From: Podarcis muralis
Lineage: Eukaryota
Assembly (NCBI RefSeq): GCF_964188315.1
Contig: NC_135666.1
Coordinates: forward strand, 2,418,001-2,482,000
DNA length: 64,000 nucleotides
Reading direction: 5' to 3'
The position numbers and the translations under genes are program-made. The notes under the pieces were generated by a model. It was not told where the DNA came from and did not search any database. It saw only the letters and a program-made list of their open reading frames with translations. Below, piece by piece: positions 24,986 to 36,618 of this stretch; the first letter of the stretch is position 1; each line of letters opens with the position of its first letter.

Positions 24986-25601
24986 GGCGAAAGATTCCCT
25001 TGCTCTGAGTTCGAGTGCGGATGGGCTGGAGAGAACAGAGGAGGGAAGGGGGAGATTCCACTTTGACCGGCGAGCCGAGGTCTTGATCCCTGAATTATTT
25101 TCCCAGCGCCCTCCACCCCTCCTTTCCCGATTCCCAGTGATTTGGGAAGAGATGCCAACGAAGGATTGATTTTTCAGAGGGACCCTTTCTCTTTCCTCTG
25201 CCTCTCCTTTCTCTATCCAATTTAATAGAGAGATTTCTTTCTTGCAGGGAGAAGCTGTGTGCCGAAAAATCCCTGGTGTGGGGCAGAAGAAGTCATTTCC
25301 ATTCCTCCCCCCTACTGATTTTTTCTTTGTCTTTTTGTACCCCCCCCCCCATGGCAAAGGAAACACTTGCAGCTCTAATTCTGGGATTTGTCAGTCTCCA
25401 TGTCTGCAAATTTCAGGCAATTCTGGCGGGGGGCGGAGGGGGAAAGGACTTGTTCTTTTCAAAATAAGCTTTAAAACCCCTAAAAAGATGTTCCTGCAAA
25501 TTGTCAGGCTCAATCCACCATGGAGGGACTCCTTTAACTGCTAATTTAATAAAAAGGAAAAGATTCATTATTATACACGCAAGCCAAAGTTTTGCTTCCA
25601 A

Positions 25602-26440
25602 GAGCTTCACGACTCAAGATTTTCTTCAAAAAGTTTTTATGTGTTTTATGTTAAGATAACCTCAAATTAATTTTTAAAGGTTTTTTGGTCCAAAATTGGG
25701 TGCAGGAGAATTTTTTGAAATTTTCGATTTTCAGGCGATTTAGGCTAATGCAATTTCTGCGTCAGTGTAGGAAAAACCTCCTGTTTTGCTTATTTTTCAA
25801 TGATTGGGCTTATTTTGGTATCAAAATAAAGGTAATTGTGGTCTCTTTCAAAATAAGGTATAAAAATGGTATTAACTGCCACAGAAAAGGGTCACCGACT
25901 ATTCAAAGTGAATTTTTGTCATTTTATTCCTGGTAGGTTCAATAAGCCATAGTGCGCAAACCACAACTAACACATGTATCATACTTTTGTTGTAGAATGG
26001 GCTAACCATGTACTTGTTATAAAAATAAGGAGGGTGTTTTTTGTGGTTATAAAATAGATTGATTTTTAAGTAATTTTTTTACAAAACAAATTACTTCTTT
26101 GGACAGGTTTAATGTCTCTTTGAACCTGAAATAACTCTCACATTCATGAGAATAGTTAAAATTGTAACCTCTTATGTTACAGTGTCATCAGATATGTTTT
26201 AAAAATTAAGTTTTATTGATTATATAATAATAAAATGCATCTCAAACCCCTTGTTCATTTTATGGTGTAAAACACTTCTGCAAGAAATTGCATTAGCCTA
26301 AATCACATGAAAATTGAAATTTTCAAAAAATTCTCCCATGTCCAATTTTGGACCAAAAAAACTTTAGAAATTAATTTGAGGTTATCTCATAGGTATCTAC
26401 ACAAAAAAATTTTTTGAAGAAAATCTGAGTCATGAGAGCA
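25602..26440. mobile_element. AT-rich foldback / DNA-transposon-like segment with ~155-bp inverted repeats
   Basis: 25602-25757 is an imperfect reverse complement of 26282-26440 (ataacctcaaattaatttttaaaggttttttggtccaaaattgg...taggctaatgcaatttct). Confidence 0.7.
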
Positions 26441-26762
26441 CGGTCGAGTATTAAAATCAGGTTGTTTGGCGTGGAATGACCCAAGAGCTCTAACCCAGCC
26501 TCTAGCAACAGGTCAAACAAAGCAGACCTTGAGCATCTCTGAGGCAGGTTGAGATACAGAAGAATTAAAGTCAAACCTTGTGGCTGGTGCTCCCTGCTCC
26601 CAAATACTAACCTGTGGTCCGTCTGAGGTGTGGGTCTCCCTCCGTGTGGGTCTCCTCCTTCTGCTGCTGCTGCTCTTGGCTGCTTCTCCAAGAACTGCAG
26701 GAGACCAAATGCAGCTCCTCTGAAATTATCCTCCCAGAGGGCAGTTTTGTCCTCTCCTGTAG

Positions 26763-26792
26763 CCAATAGAAACAGAAATGCAATTCCGGGAA
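26763..26792 (+). promoter_or_regulatory. CCAAT + ISRE core + GAS cluster, candidate promoter of the two-domain GIMAP
   Basis: CCAAT 26763-67, GAAACAGAAA 26769-78, TTCCGGGAA 26784-92; donor AAG|gtactg at 27001, acceptor at 28040. Confidence 0.6.
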
Positions 26793-28055
26793 GCTGTTTT
26801 GGCTTCTCAGAACATGATCTGGCTGCTAGCCATGAATGCTTTTGGGGTGGGTGGGTGGGTGGCGCTCATGCTTGCCTTCTCCATTTTATTCAGCTCAGAA
26901 CAGAGTCAGCCATTGACCGAGAGGGAGAGAAGAAACTGCAGAGCAGAGGAACCATCAAACACGAGAGTCTTCTTCAAGCTCCAGAGGCGTCACAAAGAAG
27001 GTACTGTTGGCTTCCTTGTCTGAAGCTCCTTTTGCAAGGAGATGTCACCTGGCTCAGCCATGCCCCACCTGGAGATGCCAGCAGTGAAACCCAAGACCAT
27101 CTCTATGCAAACCAGAGGCTCAGCTGCTGAGCTGTGCCCCCTGCCCCAAACCACATGGAGAAAAAAGGAAGCTGTTTTGTACTGAACCAGACTGACTGGT
27201 CCATTTAGATTAGCATTGTCCACACTGGCAGACAGTGGCTTCTCCAGGGCTTCTGAGTGGGGAGGTTCCGCGGAGGGGGGCTGGAATGGCGACATGCAGC
27301 AGAAGGAAGCAAGTGGGAGAGAGTCCACTGGCTGGAGGGGGGGAGGGAACTGGTTGGCATCAGCCCCCTCCCCACTGAAAAGCAGCTGCCTTCAAGAGGT
27401 GGTCATCTCTGAAGGGTATTTTCATCAGGACTAGGCCCCAAGGAGTCTACAGACCATCATCCTGAGTGGCTGTAGCTCTTCAGGGCCCTCCCCAAACCAG
27501 CCCACCTGCCTGGGAGCTGCAGAAGGGAGGATATCAGGCCAGGCTGCCAGGGACCCCCAAGGCAGAAGCAGGTAAGGGGGGGGGAGATGCAGCTCTGGCT
27601 GGAGGAAGGGAATATCCGGGTGCTTTCCCCCCCCCGTTTGAGGAGTGGGGAGGGCGAAGCAAGTATGCCCGCAGATGTAGAGGGTGGGAAGATTCTGGCA
27701 AGAGATTGTGAAGGGCAAAGTGTTAGGCATGTTTATTTATTAATGCTTACACACCTGTTGGTGATAAAAACCACACGCCTTCAAAGCCGTTTCCAAAAAG
27801 ATAGAACAATGAAATTATCAACAGGAAAAATTAGCAAACCTAATTTAGGACCAATGCATGTAAAAAAAAGTCATCAACTGCCTCCCTAGTAATTGAATCC
27901 CAAATCTGCAGGGGCAGAATATGGTGCTTTGAGGTTCTTTCAGGGTTGTGTTTACATCCTAAGCTTCCTCTGGTGATGGAGAGGAGTTTGGGCAAAGCAG
28001 GAGCTAATGAACTTCATTTTCTGGTTCTCTTCCGGCTCAGCATTCTGCCTGGACA

Positions 28056-28083
28056 ATGGATGAATGGAGAGCGGAAGTTAGAG
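28056..28083 (+). CDS. Two-domain GIMAP, first coding mini-exon (MDEWRAEVR)
   Basis: Acceptor ttccggctcag| at 28040, ATG 28056, phase-1 donor G|gtaagt matching acceptor at 28936. Confidence 0.7.
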
Positions 28084-28289
28084 GTAAGTCTCTCCCTTCT
28101 CCTGACCCTCCTCTGAAAGAACCACGTGATGGGAATGGGGAAGGTTGGACCATTTGTGGGCCACAGTTGGAAGGGTGAGGTGACCCCAGGTGCTTAGGGG
28201 AATTGTTGCAGTGTATGGACCCTGCATGGTGGCAGTTCGGGGGGCGAATTCCCAGGCAACAATTCTGTGGGAATGTTGTGGATACTAGG

Positions 28290-28620
28290 AGAGGATATTG
28301 TGATTAAATATTATCCTTCCTCACTCATGCTAGTGAGCTAGTAGCAGAGCACATTCCCTTGCACATTGCAGGAAGTGAGTTGATGGATTCGTCAGAACCA
28401 TTTGAATTATGCAATCGAGTCTGGCTTGTCCAGATTGGATTGTTCCTGGTAAACACCCTTTGTTCCCTCTTAAGAACAGTAATGGCACAACAGTCTTCTT
28501 TTAGGAAGTAATGATAAGATTTACTCACATTCAGTTCACAGTATGATCCTGAAGGCAGGCTTTTGCTTTTAGTTACAGGGAAAGGTGAGGGTTCATCCTC
28601 TAGTGAGGGATGAGCCCATG
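28290..28620 (-). mobile_element. LTR-like repeat; diverged relatives near 33730-34180 and 52035-52790
   Basis: Shared motifs tattatccttcc(t)cactca..agcagag(c/t)acat.ccctt and cattcagtt(c/t)acag..ctgaaggcaggc; termini not resolved. Confidence 0.4.
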
Positions 28621-28935
28621 TGCTGCTGACTGAGGGCCAGCAGACAGCAAAAGGGCCTCAAGATGGAACAAGGTGGAAAAGCGAAAAGGGAAAAGGGAAG
28701 GTGGCTGCATGACAGGCCCTTTTATGGGGTCTGCCAGGGTCACGCCCATCTACCTGGTCACATGCAAGGGGAGGATGCTCCAGTTCAGGTGTGACAGGAA
28801 GTCCTCCTGGCTGGAGCAACATCCCCTGTGTGTCCACTCTAGGCAACCAAGAAATGTTGATTTGACTGCTTTTGTGATGTTACATCCCACAAGTTCAGTC
28901 CTGGATGCCCAGACATCTTCCTAATTCCTTTCCAG

Positions 28936-29661
28936 AGACTACCAAGGCACAGGAGAGCAGAACAAGAAACCTCAATGAAGATCTACGGATTGTTCTTGTT
29001 GGGAAGACGGGAGGAGGGAGAAGTGCCACAGGAAACACCATTCTGGGGAAGAAGACCTTTGAGTCCAAACTCTCCCCGAAGCCAGTGACCGAGACTTATA
29101 GCAGAGAGGTCCGAGCAGAGAGGTGGAAGGGGAAACAAGTCGTCGTCATTGACACTCTGGACATTTTTGATGCTCAAACACAGCATGATATTCCAGAAGT
29201 CCAGAAGTGCCTCTCTCTCTGTGAGCCAGGTCCCCATGCCCTGGTGTTTGTGACGCAGGCCGGTCATTTCACCGAGGAAGACACTGTGGCCGCCAAGAGG
29301 GTGGAAGAGGTCTTTGGCCCAGAGGCCACAAATTACATGATTGTCTTGTTCACCCGCAAAGAAGACCTAGAGACAGAAAGCCTAAAGGAGTACATAGAGC
29401 TATCTGGAAACAGAGCCCTGCAAGATTTGGTGAGGAAATGCAATGACCGTTGCTGCGCTTTCAACAACAAAGGGACGGGAGAGGAAAGGGCCAGCCAGGC
29501 GGAAGAGCTGCTGGTGAAAATCGAGCAGATGATGAAGGACAACCAGAACAAGCCTTTCCTGGAGCTTCTTCCAAGAGGACCTACAAGAAGTGCAGCTGAA
29601 ATGAAACCAGAGGAAGAGGCAATGGACACAGACGAAGGAGGACCAAGTGTATTCCCTGAAG
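28936..29661 (+). CDS. GIMAP GTPase domain 1 exon (reads to stop at 29678 if unspliced)
   Basis: [44 protein letters not shown]; phase-1 acceptor ttcctttccag|, phase-1 donor GAAG|gtagag. Confidence 0.93.
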
Positions 29662-29922
29662 GTAGAGTCAAATTATGATTCTGGAGCAGTTATAGATTTC
29701 CCTGAGTTGAGTTTCCCAAGGTAGCCCTTCCTTAAAGAGACCCACCAAATACCTGCTCTTCTTCTTTGTACAAGGAAGAGCTCAAAGGGGAGCAGAATTC
29801 TGCACCTAGATGGGGGTGGCTCTGTAACTTGCTAACATTTTGCAAACTACGGAGATGGGTGCAAGAGTTTGCTTGCTTTATGCAATTCAGCACATGAGAC
29901 CTGTGTTCGAGAATGTTTGTTT

Positions 29923-30186
29923 GAATCATAGAATCATAGAGTTGGAAGAGACTACAAGGGCCATCGAGTCCAACCCCCTGCCAAGCAGGAAACACCATCA
30001 GAGCACTCCTGACATATGGTTGTCAAGCCTCTGCTTAAAGACCTCCAAAGACGGAGACTCCACCACACTCCTTGGCAGCAAATTCCACTGTCGAACAGCT
30101 CTTACTGTCAGGAAGTTCTTCCTAATGTTTAGGTGGAATCTTCTTTCTTGTAGTTTGGATCCATTGCTCCGTGTCTGCTTCTCTGG
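29923..30186 (-). mobile_element. CR1 3' fragment, same young family as 28-290
   Basis: Near-identical to 28-290 including reversed gaatcatag tail. Confidence 0.93.
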
Positions 30187-30269
30187 TTTGTTTGTTTGGT
30201 TGGTTGGTTTTTGTGGTGAGGTTTCCCCACGACAACTGACTGTCTAAAGGTGAATCAAAGCAAATGTCA

Positions 30270-30500
30270 TAAAATCATAGAATTGGAAGGGAGCCCCATC
30301 GTCATCTAGTCCCAACCCTGGCAATGCAGGAATCCCAGCTCAAGCATCCATGACAGACGGCCATCCAACCTCTGCTTAAAAACCTCCAAGGAAGGAGAGC
30401 CCCTCACCTCCCAAGGGAGACCGTTCCACTGTCAAGCAGCTCTTGCCCTCAGAAAGTTCTTCCTGCTGTTCAGTTGGAATCTCCTTCATTGCAACTTGTA
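30270..30500 (-). mobile_element. Older CR1 3' fragment
   Basis: atcatagaattggaaggg...catccaacctctgcttaaaaacctcc...agaaagttcttcctg. Confidence 0.75.
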
Positions 30501-30682
30501 ATGTCAATTCAGGTTTTCCAAGGATTGACATTTGCTCTGATTCAGCTTTAAAGAGCAGGTTTTCTTGGGGAAACCAAGACCAGGTCATTGGACACAGAGC
30601 TATAACCTGAGGACTGTGTCTGGGAAGCATGGAGGAAAGGGACGTGTGATTAATATGAACATTCCTTATTCTTTCCCAACAG

Positions 30683-31452
30683 AGCCTGGGAACCTGAGTC
30701 TCTTCCACAAGGATTCAGAACTGCGGGTTGTTCTTGTTGGGAAGTCTGGTGGAGGGAGAAGTGCCACAGGAAACACCCTTCTGGGGGAGAAGACCTTTGA
30801 GTCCAAACTCTCCCCGAAGCCAGTGACCCAGACATGCAGGGGAGAGGTCCGAGCAGAGAAGTGGAAGGGGAAACAAGTGGTCGTCATTGACACTCCGGAC
30901 ATTTTTGATGCTCGTCCTCTAACACAGCATGATATTCCAGAAGTCCAGAAGTGCCTCTCTCTCTGTGAGCCAGGTCCCCACGCCCTGGTGTTTGTGACGC
31001 AGGCCGGTCGTTTCACCGAGGAAGATGCTGTGGCCATGAAGAGGGTGGAGGAGGTCTTTGGCCCAGAGGCCACAAAGTACATGATCGTCTTGTTCACCCG
31101 CAAAGAAGACCTAGAGAAAGAAAGCCTAAAGGAGTACATAGAGCTATCTGGAAACCAACCTCTTCAGGATTTGGTGAGGAAGTGCCAGGGCCGTTGCTGC
31201 GCTTTCAACAACAGAGGGATGGGAGAGGAAAGGGCCAGCCAGGCAGAAGAGCTGCTGTCTCTGATTGAGAAGGTGGTTCAGGAGAACAGGGACCAGCCGT
31301 ATCTCAAGCCACGTCCGATGGAGATGTCACTGAGGTCAGATGGAAGGAATCCTGGGGAGACTTCAAAGCAAACAGCAGCAGGGGAACCAGTGGAGGATGA
31401 AATGAATGCTGGAGCAATCCCTGAAGGGCAGCAGAAGAAGAAATCAAAGAAG
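30683..31452 (+). CDS. GIMAP GTPase domain 2 exon (reads to stop at 31470 if unspliced)
   Basis: [44 protein letters not shown]; phase-1 acceptor ctttcccaacag|, phase-0 donor AAG|gtaggg. Confidence 0.93.
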
Positions 31453-31988
31453 GTAGGGTACAAAGAATAAGAATGGGGCCCCTGTCTTTTCCAATTGCTG
31501 ATGACTTACATTGTAGACAAATTCTAGCTTGGAAAAGGAGGGTGGAACAGGGCTGTTTTCAGTTGCTCCAGAGGGTAAGAGCTGAACAAGCAGCTTGAAA
31601 GAACAAGGAAAAGGGATTTAGACCAAACATTAGGAAGAACTTTATGGTCCTGGGGAAGAATTTATTAATTTAATGCATTTATATCCCACCTTTATATCCG
31701 TGGGACTCAAGGTGGCACAAGTGGTTCTCCCCCCTTTATTTAATCTCCACAAGAATGCTATTTCTATTTCATTAGAGGTTTTTAAGCAGAGTCTGGGCGG
31801 GGGGGCTCCCTATTGAGAGGCTGCAGAAGGATTGGGCTAGATGACGTTTGAGGTCCTTCCCATGAGCTTAAGGGGGGGGGTTAAATTCTTGCTTATTTGA
31901 GAATTTCCCCCTCCTTCTCTCCCTTGACATCTTTCCCCCTTTCTCTTGACTCCACACCAATCACTTACCCCGGGTTTGTTTCCAACAG

Positions 31989-32084
31989 GCATTTAGTTCC
32001 CTTTGTTCGTACTTTGTCCCAGAATCTGGAGAAGCTCCCAAAGAAGGCAAAAGAGGAGCAGGAAGATCTCATCCTCCAATGTAG
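31989..32084 (+). CDS. Candidate terminal exon of two-domain GIMAP (AFSSLCSYFVPESGEAPKEGKRGAGRSHPPM*)
   Basis: Long pyrimidine tract + tccaacag|, phase 0 fits, TAG followed by AATAAA at 32102. Confidence 0.55.
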   Translation, partial: AFSSLCSYFVPESGEAPKEGKRGAGRSHPPM

Positions 32085-33204
32085 ACGGAAGCAGTATCAT
32101 CAATAAACACAGCAGAATAATTTGCGTTCTCCCATCATTATTGCACGTCCTCCGTGTGGCACTATTTCACGACCCTCATTCCCCCTTCCCTTCTCAACCT
32201 CCTTAAGCCTAAAGTGGGTTTCACATTTTGGACACATGGAATTCTGTGGCTTATCCACACTTCCTCTTGTTTTGCTGCCTCCCCACAGGAAACCCTCTCC
32301 TTGGCACTCAGTTGGAGCAAATGTCAATCGTCTTTCCTAAGGATTGATGTTTGCTCTGATTTGGAGCAGAAGAGGGGGTGTTCCATCGCAGAGGAGTGTG
32401 AAAAGGGGGGAAACCACTCAAACCGGTGTTTTCTAGGGACGGGATTGAGGAAGGGTGGACAAGCCCAGTGTGTGGTAAATAAATCAAGAATCCTATTTTA
32501 AAGTCATCCATGTTGGTGGCCATCAATATGAGCTTATTGTTCATATGTTGAATTAGATATATATGAGGGCACAAACATATTTTAAATGCTTAGAGCCTCT
32601 ACAACCCTCTCAGGCCCTGGCAGTGGGCATGGGGAGTTCAGTGGCTGTGTGTGCACCAGGGGAAGGTGTCGAGGGCACAGTTGTGCCCCTGGAAAGCATA
32701 TTGGCAGCTGCTGGTCTATGAGGCCAGGCTCCAAGGCAGCTGGAACATCCTTTTCTTCCCTTTCTGAGATCACTTAGCTCTTTCTGCCTCAGCAACGGAC
32801 ACCTGGTATCCGTTGCGCACCTGATGCTTCTCATTTCCTTTCCCCCTCCCCTCTCAATAAGTTGACATGACTCCTCCTTTCTCCGGCTTCCTCTCATTGG
32901 TAACACAGATTGACAAATGCTCCTGAGTTACCTTTTCAAGGACCCCGGAAGAACTGGGGGGGGGGGGAGTGTGTGTTTACACTGATCTCCTCACTCCTCT
33001 GAGTCCCGGTTTTGTCATGGCAGCTTATCAAAAGGTGTATTGAGTGTTGGGGCACAGCCCTGCTATGGTATATTTCTCCTGGTTTCCTTCCGTTCTCACT
33101 GTCACCCAATTCACTTTTCCTGCTATTCTGTATTCCATCTGATAACCTTTCCATAGGCTGTTGGCTTAAACGTAAGCTGAACACTGTGGGGGTTGATTTT
33201 GTGG

Positions 33205-33719
33205 GAAGGTTTACTTTATTTTTAAAAAACAATATTTTTACTAAACAATTTCAACATAACCAATCATCAATCCACATAATCAATTACATTATTTCCCCCC
33301 CCTTTCCCCCTCCTTCTCCCCCCCCCACCAGGGACTTCCCTCAGCTCCCCTCTCTGATTTCTTTACACATATTGTTCTCTGCATGTTATAAAATTGTGCA
33401 TATCCTTGCCTTATCTATCATGTGTTCAACTAATAAATTTGTGGATGTTTATTCAAAACCTGCCAAGGAGTCCAAGTCATTTTGTTGTCTTTTTAGGTAA
33501 TTTGTAAAAAGTTCCCATTCTTCCTTGAAGTCACAATTGTCCTTTTCACGCAGTTTGTATCTCAGTTTGGCCAGTTCCGCGTAGCTTATCAGTTTTTCTT
33601 GCCACTGTTCTTTCGTTGGGATTTCCTCATTCTTCCATCCTTGTGCTATCAAGACTCTTGCCGCTGTTGTAAATAAGTTCTTTATTTTTCTTGGCAGGTC
33701 TTGTTCTACAATCCCTAAC
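33205..33719 (-). mobile_element. L1 3' fragment
   Basis: Minus ORF IAQGWKNEEIPTKEQWQEKLISYAELAKL; AATAAA/A-tail at left end. Confidence 0.88.
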
Positions 33720-34188
33720 GGGAAGGTTTACTTTAGCAGAGTTAAACAATCCCCTTTATAAGTTTATGCAGTGATCAGCTTGTACTGACTCGTCTGAGTT
33801 CTATTAGTAAAGATGACTCCTAGTTAAAAATCCCTTTGAATCCTTCTTAAAGAATACACACACAAATCTGATTCATGTTAATATAAAACTATTTTACTCT
33901 CAGATTCATTCAGTTTACAGAACTGTACCTGAAGGCAGGCTTAGGTTACATAACAAGCAAATAAACTAGACTAGAGGGAAGCTGGTCCTGAGGTGAGTGC
34001 AACTGAGCAGTTATCTTTCAAAACTACCAGCAACCGACAAACTGGTTGTCACAGCAACCGGTTAGAACATGGAGGCTGTTAGTCCTCTGTCGGAATGTTG
34101 CACTTGACTGCAGCTTTACATCCTACAGATTTCACCAATAAGCGGCTTGGAGGGCATCACCCTTGCCTTCCCTCTTGGCCGAGTAAGA

Positions 34189-35373
34189 TTGACACCATTG
34201 ACCATAACATCCTTCTGGACCGTCTTGAGGGACTGGGAGCTGGGGGCACTGTTATACAGTGGTTCCGCTCCTTCCTCCTGGGCCGTGTTCGGAAAGTGGT
34301 GGTGGGGGATGAGTGTTCAGACCCTTGGGCCCTCACTTGTGGGGTGCCTCAGGGTTCGGTCCTCTCCCCCATGCTTTTCAACATCTACATGCAGCCGCTG
34401 GGAGAGATCATCAGGAGGTTTGGGCTGGGTGTTCATCAGTATGCGGATGATACCCAGCTCTACCTCTCTTTTAAATCAGAACCAGTGAAGGCGGTGAAGG
34501 TCCTGTGTGAGTGTCTGGAAGCGGTTGGAGGATGGATGGCGGCTAACAGATTGAGGTTGAATCCTGACAAGACAGAAGTACTGTTTTGGGGGGACAGGAG
34601 CCGGGCAGGTGTGGAGGACTCTTTGGTCCTGAATGGGGCAACTGTGCCCCTGAAGGACCAGGTGCGCAGCCTGGGAGTCATTTTGGACTCACAGCTGTCC
34701 ATGGAGGCACAGGTCAAATCTGTATCCAGGGCAGCTGTTTACCAGCTCCATCTGGTACGTAGGCTGAGACCGTATCTGCCTGCAGACTGTCTCACCAGAG
34801 TGGTACATGCTCTGGTTATCTCCCGCTTGGACTACTGCAATGCGCTGTACGTGGGGCTACCTTTGAAGGTGACCCGGAAACTACAACTAATCCAGAATGC
34901 GGCAGCTAGACTGGTGACTGGGAGCGGCCGTCGAGACCATATAACACCGGTCTTGAAGGACCTACATTGGCTCCCAGTACGTTTCCGAGCACAATTCAAA
35001 GTGTTGGTGCTGACCTTTAAAGCCCTAAACGGCCTCGGTCCAGTATACCTGAAGGAGCGTCTCCTCCCCCATCATTCTGCCCGGACACTGAGGTCCAGCT
35101 CCGAGGGCCTTCTGGCGGTTCCCTCACTGCGAGAGGCCAAGTTACAGGGAACCAGGCAGAGGGCCTTCTTGGTAGTGGCACCCGCCCTGTGGAACACCCT
35201 CCCATCAGATGTCAAAGTGATAAACATCTACCTGACATTCAGAAGACATCTGAAGGCAGCCCTGTTCAGGGAAGTTTTTAATATGTGACATTTTAGTGTA
35301 TCTTTCATCTTTGTTGGAAGCCGCCCAGAGTGGCTGGGGAAACCCAGCCAGATGGGCGGGGTACAAATAATAA

Positions 35374-35411
<38 letters not shown>
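34189..35411 (+). mobile_element. L2 LINE, 5'-truncated, RT C-terminal frame open, (TTA)n tail
   Basis: DTIDHNILL, GVPQGSVLSPMLF, YADDTQLY, LNPDKTE, RLDYCN, LHWLPV; stop 35288; tail 35373-35411. Confidence 0.95.
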
Positions 35412-35412
<1 letters not shown>

Positions 35413-36618
35413 GCCGGGACAAACGTTGCATTTTCCTGAGAAGAAACTGATAGTGGAGCAAAAGCGGTTCAGCAGGTCCCAGGTATGCCAGCAAGGATAG
35501 TGGCAGGTGAACTCGCAGTTCTTGCAGTTGGTTGCATATTGATGAGCTCCAGAAAGGTCTTGCTTCACTTTGACGGTGACTGGGAGCTCATACGCAAAAT
35601 CTCTGTTGGCCGCCATGTCAGCTTTGTGCTGGTCAAGGACTTGTTCTGTTTGCTTCAGTTCTTCCAGTTTGACCAGCGCAGTTTTGATCTGGGGCAACAG
35701 GCCCTGCACAACCGTCTCCAACTCTTTCCGCTCCCTGAGAACTTCCTTCGTCAAAGACAAACTCCTCGTGTTCAGTTTGCTTAACGAGTCAAAGTAGGTC
35801 TTCATGCTGATCATACCCATTTTCCAAAACATTTCGTCAATGTTAGGGCTCTCCCCGTCCCCCACGACATTGTTGGCAAACAGGGCGGAATTGTTGAATT
35901 TGAAATGCATGGGGTTCCCCTTGCCATCTTTGGCGCATGGAACGTCGGCCGTCTTAATGGCCTCAAGGACCAGGGGAGTCTGTGAATCTGCAAAGGTGGT
36001 CAGGAACTGGATGTTCTTCTTGATATCTTTCCCAAAGATGGAGAGCACGGAATCAAAGACGTATTTCTCGGCTGCTGTTAAGCGGTTTGTGGAAGCCTTG
36101 ACCACGAAGCAGACGCAATCGATGTGGTCGATTCCTCCTGGGATGGAGAAAAACTCCCGGATCTTCTCCTCTAACTTTTTGTCCTGTTCTATTCCTCTCG
36201 TGTCTCCGAATCCTGGAGTGTCAACAAAAGTGAGAGAGCAAGGGATCTTGAGACCCTCTTGATAGTTCACCACGTAAGCCCTCACTTCGGATGTCTGGCT
36301 TTCTGCTTGGTTTCTGCCGGTCACTTCATCAATAAGTTTGAACCGGAATTCGTCTCCCCATTGCACGCCCAGGATGTAGTTGATCATCCCATTGATGAGA
36401 GTGGTTTTCCCTGATCCAGACGCTCCCATCATCATGATCACTTTGTTGGCGATCTGCAAGTTCTCTTTTCCTAGATGGTACTTTGGAGACGTTTCAGAAG
36501 CCTTTTTCAGTTTTAATGCATAAACAGAAGGGTCACCCCTTTCTACAAGGATACTTTCTTTGAGATATTTCTGAGGTGGTTTGATTTTACTTCTTTCCTG
36601 TGTTCTGGAAGATGCCAT
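35305..36618 (-). CDS. Septin/AIG1-like P-loop GTPase (non-GIMAP); native sequence ends at ~35412, remainder read from antisense L2 tail
   Basis: GASGSGKTT, VDTPGFGDTRG, CFVVKAS..RLT..KYVFDSVLSIFGKD, TFAD, FKFNNSALF, coiled coil, Cys-rich CKNCEFTCHYPC..CNVCPG; acceptor at 36637, ATG 36618. Confidence 0.85.

Noticed and set aside
32580-34180. Missing C-terminal part of the septin-like GTPase beyond the L2
   Set aside because: No Cys/His-plus-coiled-coil continuation found in any minus frame; region is L1 and LTR-like sequence
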